Assembly: GCA_041390065.1 (NCBI GenBank) | Contig: JAWKQQ010000024.1 | Coordinates: 5,901 to 69,900, forward strand | DNA length: 64,000 bases | From: Candidatus Krumholzibacteriia bacterium | Lineage (GTDB): Bacteria; Krumholzibacteriota; Krumholzibacteriia; LZORAL124-64-63 | Direction of reading: 5' to 3' | Shown: positions 53,526 through 61,850 of the stretch, piece after piece | How the letters are laid out: every line of letters begins with the position of its first letter | Numbering within the stretch: the stretch's first letter is position 1 | Program-made: the position numbers and the translations under genes | The notes under the pieces: model-generated | Database searches by the model: none | What the model was told of the DNA's origin: nothing | Seen by the model: the letters and a program-made list of their open reading frames with translations, nothing else

Positions 53526-55032
53526 ATGAAGACGCACCTGTTCGACAACCTCCACGTGCGCGTGTCGGCCCTGTTCCTGGGCCTGCTCGTGGTCGTCGGC
53601 GGCGTCTACTACCTGTGGATGGTCAAGATGGTGTTCGCGCCGCCGGCCCAGGATCCGGTGACCGAGCACTGGTTCGCCGACCTGGCCGACGCCGAGATCG
53701 ACAGCCTGGCCCGCGCGGCCACCGCCGCGCCCGCCCGGTGCCCGCCCTGGCCCGCGACTACGGCCGCACCATCGCCGGCTTCGACGCCGAGGTCGTCTTC
53801 TTCGATGCGAACGGGCACGTGCTCGCCTCCAGCGATCCGGACAGCCTCAGCGGGAGCATCGGCGAGTGGACCCCCAGCTGCTGGCCGACATGACCGACTC
53901 CGGCTGGGCGTTCGACGAGATCTACCCCGACCCCAGCAACATCGACGCCTACGTCAACCGAATCTTCCACGTGGCCCGCGTCACCCTGGCCGGCGGCGAG
54001 GACGGCTACGTGGCGGCCACCTGGAAACCCCTCGTGTTCTCCGAGGACGACGTGCTGCTCGACCCGCGCAAGCTGTGGCTGCAGGCCGTCCTGGTGGCGC
54101 TCGTGGCGAGCTTCGTGATGGGCTGGGTCGTGATGACCTGGCTCACGCGACGGATCCACGGCCTCAGCGAGGCCGTGAGCGACCTGGCCTCCGGGCGCCT
54201 CGACCGCCGCGTGCGCGACACGAGCCAGGACGACCTCGGCCGCCTCGGCCGCGACTTCAACACCATGGCCGCCCGCCTCGAGCACCTCATCGACGATCTG
54301 CGCGGCAAGGAGCAGTTCCAGCGCCAGCTGGTGGCCAACGTGTCGCACGACCTGCGGACGCCGCTGGCGAGCGTCCGCGGCTACATCGAGACCCTGGCCA
54401 TGGGCGGCCGCGACCTGCCGGACGCCGAGTACGAGCGCTACCTCGGGATCATCACCGGCAACCTCCTGCACCTCGACCAGCTGGTCGACCACCTGCTGCA
54501 GCTCTCGCGGCTCGACTCGGGCCAGGCCCGGTTCTCGTTCGAGGAGTTCCCCCTGCCCGAACTCGTCGAGGGCGTGCTCGCGCGCGCGGCCGGCGCCGCC
54601 CGCGACAGGACGATCGCCCTGTCCTGCGATTGCCCCGACGACCTGCCCATGGTGCTCGCCGATCCCCTGCAGATCGGCCAGGTGTTGCAGAACCTCGTGG
54701 AGAACGGCGTCAAGTTCGGCCATGACGGCGGCCACGTGACCGTCGTGGTCCGCGACCGCCGCGACGGCACCGTCGACGTGGCCGTGACCGACGACGGCAT
54801 CGGCATCGCGCCCGACGTGCTGCCCCACATCTTCGACCGCTTCTACACCGGCGACCTCAGCCGCAGCGCCAAGGGCCAGAGCAGCGGCCTGGGCCTGGCC
54901 ATCAGCCAGAAGATCGTCGAGGGCCACGGCAGTCGGATCGCCGTCGAGAGCGAAGTGGGCCGAGGCTCGCGGTTCGCCTTCCGGCTGCGCGCGGCGAGCG
55001 AGGCCCTGCGGGCCGGACAGGCCGAGGGCTGA
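53526..55032 (+). pseudogene. Sensor histidine kinase (TM-sensor-TM-HAMP-HisKA-HATPase), frame broken twice
   Basis: There are three collinear pieces. The first is the 53526 frame (MKTHLFDNLHVRVSALFLGLLVVVGG...). The second is the 53615 frame (PVPALARDYGRTIAGFDAEVVFFDANGHVLASSDP). The third is the 53866 frame (HAMP LSEAVSDLASGRLDRRV, H-box VANVSHDLRTPLASV, N-box LQNLVENGVKF, G-boxes DDGIGI and GLGLAISQ). The breaks fall near 53730 and 53866. Confidence 0.75.
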
Positions 55033-55101
55033 GGCGTTGATTCCCGTTCCCCGGATCCGCAGAATGACGGCGTCCGGCGGCATGCAACGGGGAGAAGAAC
55101 C

Positions 55102-55640
55102 ATGCCGAGACCCATCGCGGTCCTTCTGGGCGTGCTCCTGGCCGCCCGGCCGTCGCCGACCCCGGCTGTGATCATCAGCACGGTCTCGGAGGAGGAGCCG
55201 CCGTAATCCGCCTGGGCGCCCCTCGACGAGTCCGGCAGCTGCCGGGTGGCGACGTTGATCGAGGCCGGCCCCTGCTACGCCGTAAGCCGCAGCGCTTGGC
55301 CGTCATCGGGGACATCGCGTACGTGGCCTGCGCGGACTTCGACCGAGCGACCGACGCCATCCTGGCGCTCGCCTTGACGGACTCCGGGCCACCCGCCCCG
55401 CGAGGATGCCACGCCCCGACCGGCGAGATCGTCGGCCTGTAGATCTGGCATAGCAGGGACGGTTGACGGCGCCCACGCCAGACGGCCGGCGGGTCGCCGT
55501 GCTCGCGGACGGACCCCAACCGGCGGGACGGCACTCCGTGCGCGGGAACGGTCGGGATGACACCGGCCGCGCCATGGCGTCGGGCACCTACCTGGTGCGG
55601 CTGCTGGCGGGCAGCACCCGGGCCGAACGGACGCTCACCC
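55102..55640 (+). pseudogene. Decayed remnant of an LVIVD/T9SS-sorted protein gene
   Basis: A 34-codon signal-peptide-like ORF (MPRPIAVLLGVLLAARP..., RBS GGGGAGAAG) is followed by a stop. An out-of-frame LVIVD-like piece follows (LAVIGDIAYVACADFD...LTDSGPPAP), then more stops. Last comes a T9SS-CTD tail (RRVAVLADGPQPAGRHSVRGNGRDDTGRAMASGTYLVRLLAGSTRAERTLTLIR). The remnant is about 0.54 kb, against 2.2 kb for the intact paralog at 47706..49883. Confidence 0.45.
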
Positions 55641-55655
55641 TGATCCGCCGAATGG

Positions 55656-57434
55656 TCAGCGCCGCAGCTCGCGCACCACGACCACCGTCGCGGCGGCCGC
55701 CACGGCCAGCAGCACCAGCCCTGCCGCCGGCTGGCCGAGCAGCAGCTTGCCCAGCCCGAAGAGGATCCCGTAGACCATCGCCACGCCCGCCAGCCAGGCC
55801 AGCAGCGTGCGGCGGCTCAACCCGTCGCACACCACGTCCGGGCACGCGGCCGCCACCGGCCCCCACGCGCCGCCGGGCCGCACCTTGCGGTAGAACGCGG
55901 CCAGCCGGGCCGGCGGCTCCGGCCGCGTGAGCAACGTCACCGTCACCCACACCAGGATCGTGATCGGCACCAGGATGATGGCCTTGTGATGGGTGGCCAG
56001 CGCGACGCCGCCGACGCGCAGCGGGGTGTCGAACAGGACGTAGGCCGGTCCGCTCTGCACGGCGGCCGCCACCTCGAATCCCACGGCCAGCAGCACGCTC
56101 GCCGCCAGCGCCGCGATCTCGCTCCAGGCGTTGATGCGCCACCAGAACCAGCGCAGGATCAGCACCGGCCCGATGCCCGCCCCCATCGCCCAGACGAAGA
56201 GCCAGGCCTTGCCGATGCTCGTGAGCGCGAAGGCGACGACGGCGGCCAGCACCATCATCACGCCCACGCAGAGCTTGGCCACCAGGACGGTCTCGCGCGG
56301 GCCGGCCGCGGGCCGCAGGAAGCGCGTGTAGACGTCGTTGATGAGGTAGCTGGCGCCCCAGTTCAGGTGCGTGTCGATGGTGGACATGAAGGCGGCGAAG
56401 AAGCTCACCAGCATCACGCCCAGCAGCCCCGGCCCCAGCACCTCGCGCATCAGCAGCGGGTAGGCGGCCTCGCTGCCCTGGCCGTCGGGCAGCACGGGAA
56501 AGAGCACGAGCGAGGCCAGGGCGGCCAGGATCCACGGCCAGTAGCGCACGGCGTTCATGGCGATCACGAACCAGAGCGTCGCCCCGCGGGCATGGCGCTC
56601 GTCGCGGGCGGCGGACATGCGCTGGATCAGATACCCGCCGCCGTCGGCGTTGTGCGACGCCCACCACATGATGGTCACGAACACCAGGAACTTGAAGACG
56701 TTGCTCTCGGGGCCGAAGCCGCCGCCGGGGATCATGGCCGTCGTGTCGGCCGTCACCTGCGGCAGCGCCGCCAGCCTGGTCAGCAGGACCTCGAGGCCGC
56801 CGACCTTGCCGACGGCCACCACGGCCAGGATGATGGCGCCGGCCATGGCCAGGATGAACTGCACGACGTCGGTCACCACCACGCCCCAGAAGCCGGCCAT
56901 CAGGGAGTAGGCGAGGGCGAACGCGGCGCCGCCGAGGACGGCGACGGTGGGGTCGATGCCGAGCACCGTCTGCGCGACCGTGGCCATGCCCTTGAGCACC
57001 CAGCCGAGCACGATGAAGTTGTAGAGGACGGCGAAGTAGAAGGCCTTGAAGGCGCGCAGGCTCGCCGCCGGCCGGCCGGCGTAGCGCATCTCGATGAGCT
57101 GGTTGTCGGTGATCACCTCGGCGCGGCGCCAGAACCGGCTGAACAGGAACACGGCGAGGATCTGGGCGAGGGCGTAGTGCCAGCCGAACCAGTTGTACCA
57201 GATGCCGTGGTCGCGTACGAAGCCGGTGACGGCCAGCGGCGTGTCGGCGGCGAAGGTGGTGGCCACCATGCTGGTGCCCAGCACCCACCAGGGCAGCGAA
57301 CGGCCCGCCAGGAAATAGCTCTCGCCGTCCCGGCTGGCCCGCCGGCTGAAGGCCAGGCCCAGGACGATGGTGCCCACGAGGTAGGTGCCGATGATGAGCC
57401 AGTCCAGCGGGTGCAGCGCATTCATGCCGGCCAT
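55656..57434 (-). CDS. Sodium:solute symporter (SSS) family transporter
   Basis: The N-terminus is MAGMNALHPLDWLIIGTYLVGTIVLGLAFSRR...YFLAGRSLPWWVLGTSMVATTFAADTPL. About 13 TM helices are predicted. The start is ambiguous, with ATGs at 57434 and 57425. Confidence 0.85.
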   Translation of the reverse strand: MAGMNALHPLDWLIIGTYLVGTIVLGLAFSRRASRDGESYFLAGRSLPWWVLGTSMVATTFAADTPLAVTGFVRDHGIWYNWFGWHYALAQILAVFLFSRFWRRAEVITDNQLIEMRYAGRPAASLRAFKAFYFAVLYNFIVLGWVLKGMATVAQTVLGIDPTVAVLGGAAFALAYSLMAGFWGVVVTDVVQFILAMAGAIILAVVAVGKVGGLEVLLTRLAALPQVTADTTAMIPGGGFGPESNVFKFLVFVTIMWWASHNADGGGYLIQRMSAARDERHARGATLWFVIAMNAVRYWPWILAALASLVLFPVLPDGQGSEAAYPLLMREVLGPGLLGVMLVSFFAAFMSTIDTHLNWGASYLINDVYTRFLRPAAGPRETVLVAKLCVGVMMVLAAVVAFALTSIGKAWLFVWAMGAGIGPVLILRWFWWRINAWSEIAALAASVLLAVGFEVAAAVQSGPAYVLFDTPLRVGGVALATHHKAIILVPITILVWVTVTLLTRPEPPARLAAFYRKVRPGGAWGPVAAACPDVVCDGLSRRTLLAWLAGVAMVYGILFGLGKLLLGQPAAGLVLLAVAAAATVVVVRELRR

Positions 57435-57526
57435 GGAACCACGCCGCCGGGCCCGGGGCAAGGCTCAACCGCGGGGTTGCTGGCGAGCCGCCGTCGGCGT
57501 ACGTTCAACCGGTCAAGGAGGTTCCC

Positions 57527-59686
57527 ATGATACGGACAGTCGGCTGGCTCGCGGTGGTCCTGGTCCTGATGCTCGCGGGGTGCTCCAGCGATGAGCTCAC
57601 CGTCCCCTCGTTCGCCGGCCGCTTGACCGTGGAGATCCGCGGCCTGCCCGACGGCGTGCCCGCCCAGGTCACCCTCACGGGTCCCGGCGGCGACCCCATC
57701 GCCGTCGCCGCGACCCGCGAATTCGGCCTCGTCCCGCCCGGCCGCTACGTGGTCAGGAGCCTGACGGCCGACCACCCCTTCGGCGACTTCTACCCGGGCA
57801 GCGTCGTGCAGCAGGTGGACCTGGCCGGCGGCGACGCCGTCACCGTCGTCGTCAACTACACCGGCCTGGCGGTTCGCGGCGGCCTGGTGGCCGCCACCAC
57901 GGGCCTGCCCGGCACGGTCGCGCCCAGCTTCCCGGTCACCGGCCCGGGCGGTTTCCAGGCCGTGATCAGCCCCGGCGACACCCTCTCCAGCCTGGTGCCG
58001 GGCATCTACACCGTCTCGGCCGAACGCTTGCTCGAGGGCGAGACCGTGTACGCGCCCTGGCCGACCGACCTGCCCGTGCCGGTCGCGGCCGGCGCCTACG
58101 CCCTGGCCACCGTGGTCTATGACCTCGCCTACGACACCGACCTCGACCTCACGGTCGCCCGCGTCGAGTTCACCCAGGCCACCCAGCGCCCCGACGGCAC
58201 GGTTCCCCTGATCGCCGGCCGCGAGGCCATCATGCGCGTCTACGGCACGGCGACGGTGGCGAACGACGTGGCGCCGCCCGTGCGCGTGGAGTGGTTCCTG
58301 GACGGTTCGCCCGCCGGCAGCGAGGTGCTCACGCTCGCCGCCGCGGCCACCCCCACCGGCATCGATCCCGGCAACCTCGCCGGCTCCTGGAACGTGCGGC
58401 TGCCGGCCGGGCAGGTCCGTCCCGGGCTCGGCGTGCGCCTGACCATCGATCCGGACCGCGAGGTCCCCGAGGCCGTCGAGGCGAACAACACCTTCCCCAC
58501 CACGGGTCTGGTGACCCCGCCGGTGATCGAACGCCCGGCGCTGGGCATGCGCCTGGTGCCGGTGCTGCAGTCGTCCAACGGCCTGCAGGGCGACGCGACC
58601 CCGGCCACGGCGGACGATTTCGTCTCGGCCGCCGAGCTGCTCATGCCCGTGCCCGACATCGACGTCGACGTGCACCCGGTGTACACCACCTCGGCCCCGC
58701 CCCTGCAGGCCGACGACGGCAACAACGCGTGGGGTCAGATCCTGAGCGAGCTGACCGCCCTGCGCCTGGCCGAGGACGCCGATGGCCGCCACTACTACGG
58801 CGCCGTCAAATGCTCCTACACCTCGGGCATCGCCGGCCTCGGCCGCCTGTCCGGCTACGTCGCGATGGGCTGGGACTACGACGGTTCGCGCGAGGAGGTG
58901 CTCGCCCACGAGCTGGGCCACAACCTCGGCCTCTACCATGTCGCCTGCGGCGGGCCCGCCGATCCCGATCCCGACTACCCGTACGCCGGGGGTCTGATCG
59001 GCCAGTGGGGCCTCGACCTCGTGACCGAGCAGGTCAAGGACCCGGCCGAGCACCGCGACCTCATGAGCTACTGCCAGCCCAAGTGGATCTCGGACTACAT
59101 GTACGAGCAGGTGCTCGCGTCCGCGACGGCCGCTCCTTCGCTCCCTGCGGCCACCACCTGCCTCCTGGTGTGGGGCCGTCGGTCCGCCGGCCGGCTGATC
59201 CTCGAACCCGCCCTCGTGATCACGGCCCGGCCGTCGACACCGACGGCCGCCGGCCCCTACCGGATCGTCGCCCGGGATGCGGCCGGACGCGAGCTGATCG
59301 CGATCGGCTTCGCGATGCCCGAGGTGGCCGACCTCCCGGGCGACGATTCCGCCTTCGCCTTCACCCTGCCCCTGCCGGCCGCCAAGCGGGCGGAACTGGC
59401 CGAGCTGGAGCTCGCGGGCCCGGAAGGCCGGGCGGTCACGTCGCGCAGCCAGGCGGCCAAGGCCGGCCGCGGGCCGTCCGCGCCGAGCCTGCGGCGGGCC
59501 GGCGACCTGCGGCTCGACTGGAACGCCGCCGACCATCCTCTGCTGATGGTGCGGCGGTCGGCCGATGGCATGGTGCTGGCGGTGTTGCGGGGCGGCCGCG
59601 GCACGGTGCGCACCGCGCCGGGCGCGCTCGACCTGGTCCTGAGCGACGGCGTGCGCAGCGAGACGGTGCGGGTGACGGCGCCCTGA
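57527..59686 (+). CDS. Metzincin-type zinc metalloprotease lipoprotein with N-terminal beta-sandwich repeats
   Basis: AAGGAGG lies 6 nt upstream of the ATG. The lipobox is LMLAGCSS. Two ~95-aa repeats are present (..GLPDGVPAQVTLTGPGG.. and ..GLPGTVAPSFPVTGPGG..), followed by a CARDB-like segment (EAVEANNTFP). The extended zinc motif is HELGHNLGLYH, followed by DLMSYC (Met-turn candidate). Confidence 0.7.
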   Translation: MIRTVGWLAVVLVLMLAGCSSDELTVPSFAGRLTVEIRGLPDGVPAQVTLTGPGGDPIAVAATREFGLVPPGRYVVRSLTADHPFGDFYPGSVVQQVDLAGGDAVTVVVNYTGLAVRGGLVAATTGLPGTVAPSFPVTGPGGFQAVISPGDTLSSLVPGIYTVSAERLLEGETVYAPWPTDLPVPVAAGAYALATVVYDLAYDTDLDLTVARVEFTQATQRPDGTVPLIAGREAIMRVYGTATVANDVAPPVRVEWFLDGSPAGSEVLTLAAAATPTGIDPGNLAGSWNVRLPAGQVRPGLGVRLTIDPDREVPEAVEANNTFPTTGLVTPPVIERPALGMRLVPVLQSSNGLQGDATPATADDFVSAAELLMPVPDIDVDVHPVYTTSAPPLQADDGNNAWGQILSELTALRLAEDADGRHYYGAVKCSYTSGIAGLGRLSGYVAMGWDYDGSREEVLAHELGHNLGLYHVACGGPADPDPDYPYAGGLIGQWGLDLVTEQVKDPAEHRDLMSYCQPKWISDYMYEQVLASATAAPSLPAATTCLLVWGRRSAGRLILEPALVITARPSTPTAAGPYRIVARDAAGRELIAIGFAMPEVADLPGDDSAFAFTLPLPAAKRAELAELELAGPEGRAVTSRSQAAKAGRGPSAPSLRRAGDLRLDWNAADHPLLMVRRSADGMVLAVLRGGRGTVRTAPGALDLVLSDGVRSETVRVTAP

Positions 59687-59716
59687 GCGCCCCGACGCCA
59701 CCCGCCACCGAACGCA

Positions 59717-59749
59717 GACGAGGACCCGGATGCGGGCCGGGTCCTCGTC
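59717..59749. terminator. Hairpin between convergent genes
   Basis: gacgaggacccgg-atgcggg-ccgggtcctcgtc forms a 13-bp perfect stem between the stops at 59686 (+) and 59798 (-). Confidence 0.5.
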
Positions 59750-59797
59750 GTCGAGGAGGACACCGGGCATCCTCCTGATCGCTGCCGAACGGTGAGC

Positions 59798-60172
59798 CTA
59801 CTCGAAGATGTTCTTCAGTTCCGTCCAGGTGTGCTCCTGCGCGCCCACGCCTTCGTGGCAGTATCCGCACTGGTAGCCGTCGGGGCTCACCAGCGGGCCA
59901 TGCAGCACGAACACGTCGGTCGTGTCGTGGCACTGGACGCACGCCGTCGGCTCGACCGGGTTGGCTCCTATGGCGCCGACGTGGCAGAGCGCGCAAGAGA
60001 ACTGGCTCGAGTGAACGGTATGCTGGGCGCCACCGATCGTGAACGTGGTGTGGCACTGGCTGCAGCTCGTGTCGGTGCCGGTGACGAACGGGAAGGCGCC
60101 GGCCGGCACGCTGACCAGCGCGGCGATGGCGATGACCAGAGCGGTCGTCAGCAACATTCTCTTGGTCTTCAT
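59798..60172 (-). CDS. Small periplasmic tetraheme cytochrome c (c3-like)
   Basis: The start was chosen at MKTKRMLLTTALVIAIAALVSVPAGA (signal peptide, AAGGAG upstream). Four CXXCH motifs (CSQCH, CALCH, CVQCH, CGYCH) occur in about 100 mature residues, along with extra His residues suitable as distal ligands. Confidence 0.8.
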   Translation of the reverse strand: MKTKRMLLTTALVIAIAALVSVPAGAFPFVTGTDTSCSQCHTTFTIGGAQHTVHSSQFSCALCHVGAIGANPVEPTACVQCHDTTDVFVLHGPLVSPDGYQCGYCHEGVGAQEHTWTELKNIFE

Positions 60173-60264
60173 CCTGGTCTCCTTAAGGTTCGGGCTCGGC
60201 AGGTCACGAGCTGAAGTGCACCGGAGCAGCCTGCGCCTCACCCCAGGATTCTAGCTCCCCGGTG

Positions 60265-60321
60265 TGTCATATGTCAATGTCGTTTCATGAGATATGACAT
60301 CGAATGCCGATATCGGGATTC
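60265..60321. promoter_or_regulatory. Cluster of palindromes in the AT-rich divergent promoter region of the cytochrome genes
   Basis: TGTCATAT (60265-60272) and ATATGACA (60292-60299) form an inverted repeat, and a third TGTCA half-site lies at 60272-60276. A near-perfect 20-bp palindrome GAATGCCGATATCGGGATTC lies at 60302-60321. Confidence 0.3.
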
Positions 60322-60390
60322 AAGATTGATGGCGTCATATTCGGGGTCGTGGCCACCGGGAAGCCGGAGGCGAAAAACCGCGTCCCCCGA

Positions 60391-60408
60391 CCTTGACCAT
60401 GGTCAAGG
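60391..60408. promoter_or_regulatory. Perfect 18-bp palindrome containing a Crp/Fnr-type box (TTGAC-N4-GTCAA)
   Basis: ccTTGACCATGGTCAAgg is centred about 98 nt upstream of the octaheme gene ATG. It matches the TTGAT-N4-ATCAA / TTGA-N6-TCAA class of Fnr/FixK/Dnr operators. Confidence 0.5.
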
Positions 60409-60497
60409 AACTCCGGAACCGGCCTTGAACAACCCTTGGCCGGGGTCGTTAACTTGGGAACAGCCCGTTCTTCATGACCCCATCCGGGAGTTGATCC

Positions 60498-61832
60498 ATG
60501 ACGCGTGCGATCCTGATGCTCTGCGTGCTGACCCTCGCCGCGGGCAGCGCCCTGGCCGTGGCCACCGACAGCCCCGCCGGCAAGTGCATGACCTGCCACA
60601 AGGAGAAGTCGCCCGGCCTCTACAAGCAATGGTTCGCGAGCAAGCACGGCTCGGCGGGCATCACCTGCATCGACTGCCACGGCGCCGAGAAGGGCGACGC
60701 GGACGGGTTCATGCACGAGGGCGCGCTGATCGCGACGCTGGTCACGCCGAAGGACTGCGGCGCGTGCCACGCCAAGGAGGCGGACCAGGTGCAGCACAGC
60801 TACCACGCCCACGCCGGCGAGATCCTCGACTCCAACGACGCCTACCTCGCCCACGCGGCGGGCGGCTTCCCCGTGGCCGTCGACGGGTGCGAGAGCTGCC
60901 ACGGCTGCAAGGTGGTCATCGATTCCGACAGCCCCAACAAGCTGTCGCGCCTGAGCTGGCCGAACAGCGGCATCGGCCGCCTGAACCCCGACGGCTCCAA
61001 GGGCAGCTGCACCGCCTGCCACACGCGCCACGCGTTCGACGTCGCGCAGGCGCGCAAGCCCGAGGCCTGCTCCAAGTGCCACCTCGGACCGGACCATCCG
61101 CAGAAGGAGGTCTACGAGGAGAGCAAGCACGGCAACGCGTACTTCACAAACGTCGAGCACATGAACCTCGACAGCGACAGCTGGGTCGTGGGCGTCGACT
61201 ACTTCGCGGCCCCCACGTGCGCCACCTGCCACATGTCCGCCACGCGCAACCAGGCGGTCACCCACGAGGTCGGCGAGCGGATCAGCTGGACCCTGAGGCC
61301 GCCCGTGTCGACGACCAAGGAGAACTGGCAGGCCAAGCGCCAGAACATGCAGGACGTCTGCCGCAACTGCCACGGCCAGGGGTTCGTCGACGGCCACTAC
61401 GCCCAGTACGACGGCCTCGTCAATCTCTACAACGAGAAGTTCGCCAAGCCCGCGGGCCAGTTGTTCAAGATCGCCCGCGACAAGAAGCTCGGCGACGGCG
61501 TGGCCAGCTTCGCCAACGAGTACGAGTGGACCTACTGGGAGATCTGGCATCACGAGGGACGCCGCGCCCGCCACGGCGCCGCCATGATGGGCCCGGACTA
61601 CACCTGGTGGCACGGCATCTACGAGGTCGCGCAGCACTTCTACTTCAAGTTCATCCCCGAGCTGCGCGAGTTCCACGACCCCGACCTCGACCGGGCGATC
61701 GACGCGGTCCTGGCCGACGAGTTCCACCAGTGGCTCGGCCGGCCCACGGCCGACATCAAGGCCGACATCAAGTCGGGCAAGCTGCAGGCCCGGTACGCCG
61801 AGATGTTCAAGGGCCCCATGGTCTCCCAGTAG
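60498..61832 (+). CDS. Octaheme cytochrome c of the hydroxylamine oxidoreductase (HAO/HDH) family, short (epsilon-Hao-like) form
   Basis: The protein has a signal peptide and eight CXXCH motifs (CMTCH, CIDCH, CGACH, CESCH, CTACH, CSKCH, CATCH, CRNCH). The conserved C-terminal block is YWEIWHHEGRRARHGAAMMGPDYTWWHG. Confidence 0.75.
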   Translation: MTRAILMLCVLTLAAGSALAVATDSPAGKCMTCHKEKSPGLYKQWFASKHGSAGITCIDCHGAEKGDADGFMHEGALIATLVTPKDCGACHAKEADQVQHSYHAHAGEILDSNDAYLAHAAGGFPVAVDGCESCHGCKVVIDSDSPNKLSRLSWPNSGIGRLNPDGSKGSCTACHTRHAFDVAQARKPEACSKCHLGPDHPQKEVYEESKHGNAYFTNVEHMNLDSDSWVVGVDYFAAPTCATCHMSATRNQAVTHEVGERISWTLRPPVSTTKENWQAKRQNMQDVCRNCHGQGFVDGHYAQYDGLVNLYNEKFAKPAGQLFKIARDKKLGDGVASFANEYEWTYWEIWHHEGRRARHGAAMMGPDYTWWHGIYEVAQHFYFKFIPELREFHDPDLDRAIDAVLADEFHQWLGRPTADIKADIKSGKLQARYAEMFKGPMVSQ

Positions 61833-61850
61833 ACCGGAAGAGGAGAGACC

